Positions 38,340 through 47,916 of a stretch of 64,000 bases of DNA are shown here, one piece after another. The stretch is taken from the NCBI GenBank assembly GCA_005800815.1, contig SYEK01000013.1, positions 19 to 64,018 of the forward strand, given 5' to 3'. This stretch comes from Actinomycetota bacterium (lineage in GTDB: Bacteria > Actinomycetota > Actinomycetes > Nanopelagicales > Nanopelagicaceae). A program made the position numbers and the translations under genes. Under the pieces are notes generated by a model. That model made no database searches. It worked only from the letters and a program-made list of their open reading frames with translations, and was not told where the DNA came from. How positions within the stretch are numbered: position 1 is the stretch's first letter; each line of letters starts with the position of its first letter.

Positions 38340-39364
38340 GTGACTCCGGCAATCAAGCGCAATACATCCTCACTGGAGACAACGCCCAAGGCCTTTCCAT
38401 TATCGCTCACACGTACGGGCTTATGTGTCTGCAGTATGACCTCTGCAGCATCGCGGATAATCATGGTCGCTGCCAGCTCTGGGCCATCTAGAGCCTCACC
38501 TGAGTGCGATTTCCGAGCCAGATATTTGAGTGTGAGAACGTGGGACTTCGGGATGTCACGCACAAAGTTGGCAACGTAATCATCGATAGGATTTGCCACC
38601 AAATCCTCGGGGGTCCCCGTCTGGACAATGGCTCCATCGCGCATGATTGCGATGCGATCTCCGACTTTTACCGCCTCAGATAGATCATGGGTGATAAAGA
38701 CCATGGTCTTTCCCAACTCATGGTGCAGGCGGATGATCTCCTGTTGCATATCCCTTCGGATCAAGGGATCAAGTGCGCTAAAGGGCTCATCCAAGAAGAG
38801 AACCTGTGGGTCAACGGCCAATGCACGGGCAAGTCCAACGCGCTGTTGCATTCCACCTGATAACTGCTCCGGATATGCATGTGAATATCCCTGTAGTCCA
38901 ACCAGTTCGATGACCTCATTGGCACGGCCATGGCGCTCGGCTTTTTTCACCCCATTGATCTCCAGGGAGTATGCGATGTTATCGATTACCTTACGGTGTG
39001 GCAGTAAGCCAAAGTGCTGAAAGACCATTGAGAAACGGCTCTTACGAAGTTCGCGCAGACGTGCTGCATCAACGCTGAGCACATCCTCACCCTCAAAGGT
39101 CAGGGTCCCAGCGGTGGGTTCGATCAAGCGGGTCATACAGCGCACGAGAGTTGATTTACCTGAGCCAGATAGCCCCATGACAACGAAGACCTCACCAGGG
39201 GCGACATCGAATGAGACATCACGAACTGCGATCGTGTTTCCGGTTTGGGCGCGCAGCTCTGATCGCGTCAAATCGGCCAGGGAAGAGCCCATAACTTTCT
39301 CGGGATTGCTACCAAAGACCTTCCAGAGATTTTTTACCGAGATCATAGGTGCCTCAGTGCCCAC
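38336..39364 (-). CDS. proV: Glycine betaine/proline ABC transporter ATP-binding protein
   Basis: 342 aa. [25 protein letters not shown]-terminal CBS-like tail. 4-nt overlap with the permease gene. Confidence 0.9.
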   Translation of the reverse strand: MGTEAPMISVKNLWKVFGSNPEKVMGSSLADLTRSELRAQTGNTIAVRDVSFDVAPGEVFVVMGLSGSGKSTLVRCMTRLIEPTAGTLTFEGEDVLSVDAARLRELRKSRFSMVFQHFGLLPHRKVIDNIAYSLEINGVKKAERHGRANEVIELVGLQGYSHAYPEQLSGGMQQRVGLARALAVDPQVLFLDEPFSALDPLIRRDMQQEIIRLHHELGKTMVFITHDLSEAVKVGDRIAIMRDGAIVQTGTPEDLVANPIDDYVANFVRDIPKSHVLTLKYLARKSHSGEALDGPELAATMIIRDAAEVILQTHKPVRVSDNGKALGVVSSEDVLRLIAGVT

Positions 39365-39381
39365 TCAGCTCGCCCCTTCAC

Positions 39382-40857
39382 TTAGAGATCTTTGAACCAC
39401 CCAGATCGACTAGGAGCATTGTTGGTCCAAATGTGCTTGATTTCAAGGTACTCACCCAGGCCATGCTCACCCAATTCACGGCCGATCCCTGACTGCTTGT
39501 ATCCGCCCCACTCTGCCGCCGGGCGGTAAGGCCCAAAGTCATTGACCCAGATAGTGCCGTGGCGAAGAGCGCTAGCCACGCGGGCACACTTTTGAGAATC
39601 ACCGCTCCAGAGCCCACCTGATAATCCAAAGACGGTGTCGTTGCCGATTGCGATCGCCTGAGCCTCGGTATCAAAGACCTCTACCGTCATGATGGGACCG
39701 AAGGACTCATCTTGGACACATGACATAGCACCCGTGCAGTTATCAAAGACGGTAGGCAAGAAATACCAGCCCTTGGCATGCTCTGCGCTCTGACTTCGCT
39801 CTCCACCGACTAATAATGTGGCGCCCTCTGCAATTGCCTTCTCGACATATCTCAAGACGTTGGCCAAGTGCGCCTTGCTGATGAGTGGACCAGTCTCTGC
39901 CTGGTGATCATGAGGACCACCGAGTCTGATTTTTCCAGCCCGACGCACGATCTCCTTGACTACCTGATCGTGCACTGATCGCTCAACTATTAATCGGGTA
40001 CCGGCTGAACAGACTTGGCCTGAGTGTAGAAATGCCGCGGTGACTGCATTATCGATTGCAGCATCGAGGTCGGCATCGGCAAAGATAATATGTGGATTTT
40101 TACCACCAAGTTCGAGTGCTAACTTCTTAATAGTGCTGGCAGCTGCCTTCATGATGGTCTGACCTGTTGTTAACCCCCCGGTAAATGAGATCAGATCGAT
40201 GCGGGGATCATTGATCAGTAAGCTCCCGAGAACTGAGCCAGGACCAAGGATTAAGTTGGCAACTCCTTTGGGGGTGCCGGCCTCTTCGATGATCTTGGTC
40301 AAGGCGATAGCACTCTGTGGTGTTAACTCACTTGGTTTGATGATGAAGGAGCAGCCTGCCGCTAAGGCCGGTGCGACCTTCCAGGCGATCTGCAGCAGCG
40401 GATAGTTCCAGGGACCTATCAAGCAGGCAACACCCAAGGGCTCATGAACGATCCGGCTTGAGACATGAGCCATACCCACATCCACGCTACGCCCATGCTC
40501 TCTTGCCCCCAGGGCTGCAAAATGCCTAAAAGTTGCAACGACATCGGCCACGTCGTACTGAGCTTCGATCAAACGCTTGCCCGTATCATCACTTTCTTTA
40601 CGGGCTATCACATCGGCATCGCGCTCTAATAGATCGGCGATCTTTGCAACTAACTCACTACGCTGCTTGAAACTCCAGGAGGTAAATACTCCTGAATCAA
40701 AAGAGGCTCGTGCGGCGGCGATGGCATCAAGCACATCAGTTTGGCTCGCCTGAGAGACGGTGGCGAGGACGCTTTGATCGTGTGGGCTTTGGACATCGTG
40801 AGATCCACCATCTGATGCCTCTTGCCAGAGACCGTTGATGTAGAGCGTTGCGACCAT
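39382..40857 (-). CDS. betB: Aldehyde dehydrogenase, probable betaine-aldehyde dehydrogenase
   Basis: 491 aa with ALDH motifs (ELGGKNP, GQVCSAGTR). The assignment to betaine aldehyde rests on context. Confidence 0.75.
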   Translation of the reverse strand: MVATLYINGLWQEASDGGSHDVQSPHDQSVLATVSQASQTDVLDAIAAARASFDSGVFTSWSFKQRSELVAKIADLLERDADVIARKESDDTGKRLIEAQYDVADVVATFRHFAALGAREHGRSVDVGMAHVSSRIVHEPLGVACLIGPWNYPLLQIAWKVAPALAAGCSFIIKPSELTPQSAIALTKIIEEAGTPKGVANLILGPGSVLGSLLINDPRIDLISFTGGLTTGQTIMKAAASTIKKLALELGGKNPHIIFADADLDAAIDNAVTAAFLHSGQVCSAGTRLIVERSVHDQVVKEIVRRAGKIRLGGPHDHQAETGPLISKAHLANVLRYVEKAIAEGATLLVGGERSQSAEHAKGWYFLPTVFDNCTGAMSCVQDESFGPIMTVEVFDTEAQAIAIGNDTVFGLSGGLWSGDSQKCARVASALRHGTIWVNDFGPYRPAAEWGGYKQSGIGRELGEHGLGEYLEIKHIWTNNAPSRSGWFKDL

Positions 40858-40864
40858 AGGGGAT

Positions 40865-42301
40865 TTAATCTAGTTGGCTTTTGCGCATCGCCACAAACTC
40901 ATCGAGCTCTTGACGCATGCCTGAATCCATATCTGGAGCAACATAATCCTCTAACTTCTTGAGATAGATCTCGGCTGCGCGAGTCTTCGTATCTTTACCA
41001 CCAAGACGTGTCCAACGCTCAAAGTTATCGCTATTGGTCAAGAACGGTCGATAGAAGCAGTTACGAAAGCGCTCCATGGTGTGGGCTGCGCCCAAGAAGT
41101 GGCCACCATGGCCGACCTCCAAATGTGCATCGAAGGCCAATGATTCGACGTTGAACTCTAGAGGGGTGAACTCAGTCATGAGTGATTGCAGGATCTCAAT
41201 ATCTAGAACAAACTTCTCATAACACGATACAAGGCCACCTTCGAGCCAACCTGCCGTATGCATGACCCAGTTGGTGCCAGAGAGGAATGTGGGCATCATC
41301 GTCATCATCGTTTGGTAGGCAGATTGTGCATCAACGGTCTGTGAGGAGTTCAAACCGCCGCCGCCACGAAATGGCAGGTTGAAACTGCGGGCGATCTGAC
41401 CAGTGCATAGCAGCCCAATTCCGGACTCAGGTGTGCCAAATTGAGGAGAGCCAGATTGCATATCTATATTTGAAAGAAAGGAGCCAAAGACGATTGGGCA
41501 TCCCGGGTTCAGTGTCTGTGCAAGTGCAATCCCCGTTAATGCTTCGGCAATCTGCTGAGCTAATGTTGCTGGAATCGTCACTGGACTCATAGCACCCATG
41601 AGCAAGAAAGGAGTGACAACAACTGGCTGACCAGCTAAGACATACTCGCGCATCGAATCCAACATACGATCATCCCAGCGCAGTGGTGAGTTGCAATTTA
41701 CCAGTGAAATTAACGCTGGTGTTTCCACGATCGCACCACGCCCACCGTGAATAATCTCAGCGATCTTGATGACATCTTTCGCGTTATCTGCAGTCACAAC
41801 GTTGCCCATGAAGAACTTATCGGTCAATGTGGCCGCGGCATATGCCATGTCCAAGTGACGCGAATCTAGGGAGAGATCATTGGGTTCGCAGACAACCCCA
41901 CCGACGCTATCAAGTGCCTCAAATGATTGTGAGAGTTTACAAAAGTTCTCATAGTCCTTAAATGTCGCATCACGGCGAAGGTCACCTTCACGAACAAATG
42001 GAGGGCCATAGACGCTACCAAAGACCATTGAGTTACCACCGATGTGGACATTGTTCAAAGGATTGCGAGCGCGCAGGTTGAATTCACTCGGAGCAAGTGC
42101 ACACTGCTTAAGTACCCAATCGGGATCAAACTTCACGTTCTCGCCCTCCACCGTCTGCCCGGCCTGGCGCAAAAGATCGATCGCCCACGGCGACATGAAC
42201 TCGATGCCGATCTCAGAGACGATTCGCCTCCATCCCAGTGTCAATGTGGCCATCGACTCCTGGCTTAAAATCTCATATCGCGGCATCCTATTTTCAAACA
42301 T
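40865..42301 (-). CDS. MttB-superfamily (trimethylamine methyltransferase family) protein, non-pyrrolysine type; probable glycine betaine:corrinoid methyltransferase
   Basis: 478 aa, uninterrupted (no in-frame TAG). MttB family pattern from RYEILSQESM... to FERW. Confidence 0.8.
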   Translation of the reverse strand: MFENRMPRYEILSQESMATLTLGWRRIVSEIGIEFMSPWAIDLLRQAGQTVEGENVKFDPDWVLKQCALAPSEFNLRARNPLNNVHIGGNSMVFGSVYGPPFVREGDLRRDATFKDYENFCKLSQSFEALDSVGGVVCEPNDLSLDSRHLDMAYAAATLTDKFFMGNVVTADNAKDVIKIAEIIHGGRGAIVETPALISLVNCNSPLRWDDRMLDSMREYVLAGQPVVVTPFLLMGAMSPVTIPATLAQQIAEALTGIALAQTLNPGCPIVFGSFLSNIDMQSGSPQFGTPESGIGLLCTGQIARSFNLPFRGGGGLNSSQTVDAQSAYQTMMTMMPTFLSGTNWVMHTAGWLEGGLVSCYEKFVLDIEILQSLMTEFTPLEFNVESLAFDAHLEVGHGGHFLGAAHTMERFRNCFYRPFLTNSDNFERWTRLGGKDTKTRAAEIYLKKLEDYVAPDMDSGMRQELDEFVAMRKSQLD

Positions 42302-42358
42302 GTGAGACTCCTTTGCCCCTTCTGTTCAGGCGACACGCAGCAGGATACTCCTATATAG

Positions 42359-42374
42359 TGGAACGGTGGTTCCA
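42359..42374. promoter_or_regulatory. Candidate IclR operator: inverted repeat TGGAAC-N4-GTTCCA in the mttB/iclR divergent spacer
   Basis: Perfect 6-bp arms at 42359-42364 and 42369-42374, with a third half-site-like ATGGAAT at 42379-42385. It lies in the 93-bp spacer between divergent genes. Confidence 0.4.
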
Positions 42375-42394
42375 TATGATGGAATACTAGAGAG

Positions 42395-43171
42395 ATGAAA
42401 GGTAAGACGATGAGTGAGTTAGTCAATGGAACTCAGGCGATTGATCGCGCGTGTGCCCTTCTTATTCACATCCTTGAGGCAGCCACACCCCCGATTTTAT
42501 CGGATATTGCCCGTGATCACGAGCTGCCAAAGAGCACAACATCGAGAATGTTAAGTGCGCTCGAAAGAGCAGGTCTGATACGCCGAGATCGTACAGGAGC
42601 CTTCATCGCTGGAGATGTTCTCACCCAGTTCGCACGCTCACAAAACCAGGATTCGATATTAGTTGCCCGTATGCGTCCAGTTCTAGAAAAGCTTGCTCTG
42701 AGCACAGGTGAGACTGCAAATTTGGCGATTGCAAGCAATGGTGAGATGAGATTAATCGATCAAGTCGATTCACATTATCTCTTAGGGGCCACCAACTGGG
42801 TCGGCAAGGTGATTCCTTTCCATGCATCGGCCCTGGGCAAGGTCCTTCTAGCAAACGGCGTTGCAACAATTCCGGCTGGTAAGTTGGAACGGCTGACAAG
42901 TAAGACGATTACGACACGTCCTCGCTTATTGGCCGAGTTAGAGGATGTGCGCAAACACGGATATGCCATCATCTGTGACGAGCTTGAAGAGGGCTTGGTT
43001 GCAGTTGCTGCACCTGTTCGTGAAGATGATGGACGTGTAGTCGGGGCAATCTCAATCTCGGGTCCATCTGGGCGATTGAGTGCGCGCGATTTAGCAAGGA
43101 TTGGCGATGTCATAATTGACGAGATTCACACACTCCAGATAAGTACGCATGGAAAGATAGGTGCAGCATGA
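42395..43171 (+). CDS. IclR family transcriptional regulator
   Basis: 258 aa with an N-terminal wHTH (LPKSTTSRMLSALERAGLI) and an IclR effector domain. Confidence 0.85.
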   Translation: MKGKTMSELVNGTQAIDRACALLIHILEAATPPILSDIARDHELPKSTTSRMLSALERAGLIRRDRTGAFIAGDVLTQFARSQNQDSILVARMRPVLEKLALSTGETANLAIASNGEMRLIDQVDSHYLLGATNWVGKVIPFHASALGKVLLANGVATIPAGKLERLTSKTITTRPRLLAELEDVRKHGYAIICDELEEGLVAVAAPVREDDGRVVGAISISGPSGRLSARDLARIGDVIIDEIHTLQISTHGKIGAA

Positions 43172-43833
43172 CTCATGATGAAATCATCAAGGGCCTCTTT
43201 GATGAAACTTTAGTTGGGAACGCTCCTGCAGTTCTAGCCCTGACCAACCAAGGGATTGCCGATGGAATGACCCCTGGCACGATCCTCTTTGATGCACTCA
43301 TTCCCGCGCTGGAAGAGGTCGGTGCGCGCTTTGAACGCGGAGATTTCTTCGTTCCCGAGATGCTCGTTTCAGGTAAGGCGATGTCAGGGGCTCTGAACGT
43401 GCTTCGCCCTCTTCTGGCTGAGACTGGCGCCGAAACAGTTGGTACCTATCTGATGGGCACAGTCAAAGGCGATGTGCACGATATCGGTAAGAATTTGGTC
43501 AACATCATGCTTGAGGGCGCTGGCTTTGACGTCATTGATCTTGGCGTACAGGTTTCACCTGAAAAGTTCATCGCTGGAATCCTTGAACACAAGCCAGATA
43601 TCGTCGGCATGTCAGCATTCTTAACGACAACTATGCCGATGTTCAAAGTAAATATTCATGAGATTACCAAGGCTGGTCTGCGTGATCAGGTATTCATTAT
43701 GGTGGGCGGGGCACCTGTGACACAAGAGTATGCCGATGTCGTGGGCGCAGATGGTTTTGCCGCCGATGCATCGACCGCTGTGCGTGTTGCCAAAGATCTC
43801 ATCGCCAAAAAACGATCATCGGTCTCTGTTTAA
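43168..43833 (+). CDS. Cobalamin-binding corrinoid protein (methyltransferase cognate, MtgC/MttC-like)
   Basis: 221 aa. B12-binding DxHxxG motif GDVHDIGKN plus an N-terminal helical cap domain. ATGA overlap with iclR. Confidence 0.85.
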   Translation: MTHDEIIKGLFDETLVGNAPAVLALTNQGIADGMTPGTILFDALIPALEEVGARFERGDFFVPEMLVSGKAMSGALNVLRPLLAETGAETVGTYLMGTVKGDVHDIGKNLVNIMLEGAGFDVIDLGVQVSPEKFIAGILEHKPDIVGMSAFLTTTMPMFKVNIHEITKAGLRDQVFIMVGGAPVTQEYADVVGADGFAADASTAVRVAKDLIAKKRSSVSV

Positions 43834-43842
43834 GGCGTTCTC

Positions 43843-44223
43843 ATGTTGAAAAAACTTCTCCCTTTAGTCGAACATGCTCTGAAGGCTCCTGTTTGGGACT
43901 GTCGCATGTGTGGTCAGTGCGTTTTGCACTCCACGGGAATGACCTGTCCGATGACCTGTCCTAAGACTCTGCGCAACGGTCCGTGTGGTGGTGTGCGAGA
44001 GAATGGGAACTGTGAAGTAAAACCTGAGATGAAGTGCATCTGGGTAAAGGCTTACGATCGCACCATCTCACTTCCACTACCAAAAGTGTGGAAAGAGCAT
44101 TACAACGATATACGCCCACCTGTTGACATGCGGCTTGAAGGCTCATCATCCTGGATTAACTTAGTCACCAAGCGCGATCAACAGACCCCGGCTGGTTGGT
44201 CCTTAAAAGATGGAAGCCACTAA
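43843..44223 (+). CDS. Methylenetetrahydrofolate reductase C-terminal-like (MetV-like) Cys-rich protein
   Basis: 126 aa. CRMCGQCVLHSTGMTCPMTCPKTLRNGPCGG is typical of the MTHFR_C / MetV family. Its stop shares one nucleotide with the metF ATG. Confidence 0.75.
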   Translation: MLKKLLPLVEHALKAPVWDCRMCGQCVLHSTGMTCPMTCPKTLRNGPCGGVRENGNCEVKPEMKCIWVKAYDRTISLPLPKVWKEHYNDIRPPVDMRLEGSSSWINLVTKRDQQTPAGWSLKDGSH

Positions 44224-45119
44224 TGTCAGTTCTGCGTGAGAAATTAGAGCATACAGATGATTTGGTCTTTACTGCTGAGTTTCCATCCATCGATGGTGGT
44301 GGGATGGCAGCTGTTGAGAAAAACGCTGCACGGTTAGCGCCTTGGTTTGATGCGGTCAATGCAACTGATAATCCAGCTGCCCATGCCCACGCCTCAAACA
44401 CAACGACTGCGATTGCGATGAAAATGCATGGCTTGGAGCCGATTATGCAGATCGTCTGTCGTGACAAAAATCGCCTTGCCATCCAATCCGACATGATGGG
44501 TGCATCCCTGCATGGCATCACCAATATCTCCCTACTCACTGGAGATGATGTGACGGCAGGTGACGAACCTCAGGCTCGCAGGGTCTTTGACGTCGATGGT
44601 ATTCAAGCCATCAATATCGCTCGGGGAATGGCCACTGGGAGCTATCTATCGGGGAGAAAGATCGATCCAGCCCCTGACTTTTATATCGGGGCAGTTGAAA
44701 ATGCAGGGGCTCCACCTTTTGATTATCGAATCCAAAGGGCACTGAAGAAGTACCGTGCCGGTGCCAACTTCTTACAACTTCAAATCTGTTATCACCCCGA
44801 TCGCCTTGAGGCTTTTTGTAAAGGTGCCGCAGAGCTCGTACCCGACCTCAAACTCATTCCAGCCGTAGCGTTGGTCAAAAGCGCCAAGTCATTAAACTTC
44901 ATGAATGATAAGATTGCAGGCATCGATGTACCTGCAGCCTCAATAGCTCGCATACAAAGTGCTAGTGACCAAAGAGAGGAGGTCTATCAGCTAACTCTTG
45001 AACTAGCCAAGCACGCGCTATCACTGCCCGGTGTCCGTGGACTCCACATAACAGATTTTCGCCATGATGATTCCCTAGCGCAATTCATGTCAGATCTTGC
45101 CAGAGTACCAAGTTACTAA
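44223..45119 (+). CDS. metF: Methylenetetrahydrofolate reductase
   Basis: ORF 44196..45119. The likely start is the ATG at 44223 (MSVLREKLEHTDDLVFTAEF). MetF TIM-barrel pattern. Confidence 0.8.
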   Translation: MSVLREKLEHTDDLVFTAEFPSIDGGGMAAVEKNAARLAPWFDAVNATDNPAAHAHASNTTTAIAMKMHGLEPIMQIVCRDKNRLAIQSDMMGASLHGITNISLLTGDDVTAGDEPQARRVFDVDGIQAINIARGMATGSYLSGRKIDPAPDFYIGAVENAGAPPFDYRIQRALKKYRAGANFLQLQICYHPDRLEAFCKGAAELVPDLKLIPAVALVKSAKSLNFMNDKIAGIDVPAASIARIQSASDQREEVYQLTLELAKHALSLPGVRGLHITDFRHDDSLAQFMSDLARVPSY

Positions 45120-45133
45120 TAAGGAGCCTTGAA

Positions 45134-46009
45134 ATGCATACAGTTTTATCATCACCAGGCAAGACGGTCACAATCGGGCATGATCAACCCTTTTGTATTA
45201 TCGGAGAGCGCATCAATCCAACGGGTCGTAAAAAGTTTCAACTACAGCTGCGCGCTGGTGATCTAAGTGCAATTGAAAAAGATGTCCATGACCAGATTGC
45301 CGGGGGTGCAGACGTACTAGATGTCAATATGGGCGTGCCTCTGACCGATGAGCCTGCACTCCTAGGTAAAGCCATCACCCTGATCCAAAGTATTACCGAT
45401 ACCCCCATCTGTATCGACTCTTCGATCATTGAGGCCTTACAAGTAGGCCTTGAGACATATCAGGGCAAAGCCCTGGTCAATAGCGTCACCGGCGAAGATG
45501 ATCGTATGGAGTTAGTCCTTCCTCTCATAAAAAAGCATGGCGCTGGCATCATCGCACTTCCCAATGATGAGACTGGGATTCCGGCAACGGCCGCTGAGCG
45601 GATGGTGATTACTGAAAAGATCGTCCGCACCGTTGAGAGGCATGGTATTCCTCTTGAGGATTTAGTGATTGATCCCTTGGCAATGACCGTCGGGGCAGAT
45701 CCTGAAGCGGTGAAAATTACCCTTGAGACAATCTATTTAATCCGTGAAAAATGGGGGCTGAATATGACGCTCGGTGCATCAAATATCTCTTTTGGTCTGC
45801 CCTACCGCCATGCTCTCAATGCTGCTTTCTTGCCTGCTGCCATGTCACATGGCTTAACAAGTGCGGTGATGGATGCTCGAACTCCGATGATCGTCGAGTC
45901 CGTTCGCGCCACAGACTTGCTCCTTGGACTAGATCCATGGGGATCAAACTGGATCACACGCTTTAGAGCGATGGAGGCCGCCAAAGCGGCGGCAGGAACC
46001 AGTGCATAA
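45134..46009 (+). CDS. Methyltetrahydrofolate:corrinoid methyltransferase (pterin-binding, MtgA/AcsE/MtrH-like)
   Basis: 291 aa. IIGERINPTG and DVNMG pterin-binding barrel motifs. Confidence 0.8.
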   Translation: MHTVLSSPGKTVTIGHDQPFCIIGERINPTGRKKFQLQLRAGDLSAIEKDVHDQIAGGADVLDVNMGVPLTDEPALLGKAITLIQSITDTPICIDSSIIEALQVGLETYQGKALVNSVTGEDDRMELVLPLIKKHGAGIIALPNDETGIPATAAERMVITEKIVRTVERHGIPLEDLVIDPLAMTVGADPEAVKITLETIYLIREKWGLNMTLGASNISFGLPYRHALNAAFLPAAMSHGLTSAVMDARTPMIVESVRATDLLLGLDPWGSNWITRFRAMEAAKAAAGTSA

Positions 46010-46041
46010 AAATTACTAAAAAGGAGCTCGATCCATCCCTT

Positions 46042-47916
46042 GTGCCCAATCACGATGGCACCGGCAGGGTCAAACTTGCCTTCAGATCCCTTGAGAAAGA
46101 TAACTCCGTCTCATCTGAGAAGACAATCACTGTACCAACTGGTGTGAGTGCATTTGATGCTGCCTCCTGGAACGGTATTGCGATCGATTCGACGTGTGGA
46201 GGATATGGAACCTGTAAAAAGTGCCGGATTAAAATTACCGGTGGAGATGTCTCACCATCGAAGTTAGATTTTCGTGCCTTTTCAGAGAGTGAGATCAAAG
46301 AGGGCTGGCGATTGGCATGCTTGGTGCGTACCAGCACAGATGTATCTATCGACGTACCACCACTGACTACTCGCCCTAAAGCTGCAACTGTCGGAGTCGG
46401 CCGCCAGGTCATCTTGCGTCCTGCCGTGCAGAAGCGATATGTCGAGTTAGAAGAGCCGACTTTGCATGATCAACGCACTGATCTCGTGCGCCTCTTCGAT
46501 GCGATCGAGGATATTGAGGGCACCGCATCACTTGCCGCTATGCGAAATATCTCTCGAGTGATGCGTAGCTCAGATTTTAAGGTCACAGCAGTCTTTGTCG
46601 ATCAGGATTTTATCGATCTCGAACCTGGCGATACCACTGCCTTTCGTTACGGCATCGCCTACGACTTGGGAACAACTACCGTCGTTGCCACTCTCTTAGA
46701 TTTAAATACTGGTACTCCCCTGAGTGTTAAATCGATTCTCAACAAACAGCAGCCATTCGGTGCCGATGTGATCACGCGTATCAGTGCCACCATGCTCGAT
46801 CCTGCAGCCCTTGAGAAACTCTCGGCTTTGGCCCAAGAAACGCTCAATCAGCTCACCCAAGAGGTCTGTAGTGAGGCTGGTATCGATCCACTTCATGTCT
46901 ATGAGATTGCCATCGCTGGAAATGCGACGATGATGCATCTGCTGCTCGGTATAGATCCAGAGCCATTGGGCGTCGCCCCATTTATTATGTCGGCGGCCGG
47001 CTTTCCAGATGTTGATGCCCATGAGATTGGGATCGCTATCCATCCACGGGCAAAGGTGGTTATTTTTCCATCACTTGGTGCCTATGTTGGCGGTGACATC
47101 ATCGCTGGGGCTTTGGCATCTGGCATGGATCGTGACAAGAGATTGCGCCTCTTCATCGATGTTGGGACTAACTGTGAAATCATCCTTGGAGATGGTGACA
47201 AAATTTTGGCAACTGCCGCTCCGGCTGGTCCCGCCTTTGAGGCGGCAAGCATCAAGTGTGGGGTGCGCGCGGCATCTGGTGCGATCGAGACCATCAAGAT
47301 TCAAGATGGAGAGTTAATAATCGGAACGATCGATGACGCTCCTGCAATTGGTATATGCGGCTCTGGTTTGGTCGATGCATGTGCCGCTCTTTTTGCTATC
47401 GGTCTTCTTGATCACTCGGGAAAGTTCGTGGATGAAGAGAGGGCACAACGAGTCGCACCGACTCTAGCCGATCGGCTGGTCCTGCGTGAAGATGAGCGGG
47501 TATTCGTCCTATCATGGAGCAAGCAGGTGGGAGATTCCTCAGACTGCGTCTTTTTGACTCAGCGTGATGTGCGTGAGCTCCAATTCGCCAAGGCGGCGAT
47601 CGCAACTGGTTGGGCGCTACTACTCGAAGAGTTCGATGTTGCAGAGTCTGAGATTCAACAGGTCCTACTCGCCGGCTCCTTCGGCTCTTATCTCTCCCCC
47701 GCCTCTGCGATCAAGATCGGTCTCGTACCTAAAATCTCAGTTATGCGGATCTTATCGGCTGGAAATGTGGCAGGAGAGGGGGCAAAGATGGTTCTGCTCT
47801 CGGCCCCAGAGCGTAACGGTGCAGCCGCACTTCTTGATGGGATTGATTATGTGGAGCTATCTGATCGCGCAGATTTTAACGATAAGTTTGTGGATCGCCT
47901 AGCCTTCCCGGCATGA
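46042..47916 (+). CDS. Corrinoid reductive activase (RACE/RamA-like: 2Fe-2S ferredoxin domain plus ASKHA ATPase domain)
   Basis: 624 aa, GTG start. N-terminal CGGYGTCKKC...LAC cluster and a C-terminal DLGTTT ASKHA phosphate motif. Confidence 0.8.
   Translation: MPNHDGTGRVKLAFRSLEKDNSVSSEKTITVPTGVSAFDAASWNGIAIDSTCGGYGTCKKCRIKITGGDVSPSKLDFRAFSESEIKEGWRLACLVRTSTDVSIDVPPLTTRPKAATVGVGRQVILRPAVQKRYVELEEPTLHDQRTDLVRLFDAIEDIEGTASLAAMRNISRVMRSSDFKVTAVFVDQDFIDLEPGDTTAFRYGIAYDLGTTTVVATLLDLNTGTPLSVKSILNKQQPFGADVITRISATMLDPAALEKLSALAQETLNQLTQEVCSEAGIDPLHVYEIAIAGNATMMHLLLGIDPEPLGVAPFIMSAAGFPDVDAHEIGIAIHPRAKVVIFPSLGAYVGGDIIAGALASGMDRDKRLRLFIDVGTNCEIILGDGDKILATAAPAGPAFEAASIKCGVRAASGAIETIKIQDGELIIGTIDDAPAIGICGSGLVDACAALFAIGLLDHSGKFVDEERAQRVAPTLADRLVLREDERVFVLSWSKQVGDSSDCVFLTQRDVRELQFAKAAIATGWALLLEEFDVAESEIQQVLLAGSFGSYLSPASAIKIGLVPKISVMRILSAGNVAGEGAKMVLLSAPERNGAAALLDGIDYVELSDRADFNDKFVDRLAFPA

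Noticed and set aside
40865-42301. Pyrrolysine-containing trimethylamine methyltransferase (true MttB)
   Set aside because: The ORF is continuous with no in-frame amber codon, so it belongs to the non-Pyl branch of the superfamily. I therefore do not call trimethylamine as the substrate.
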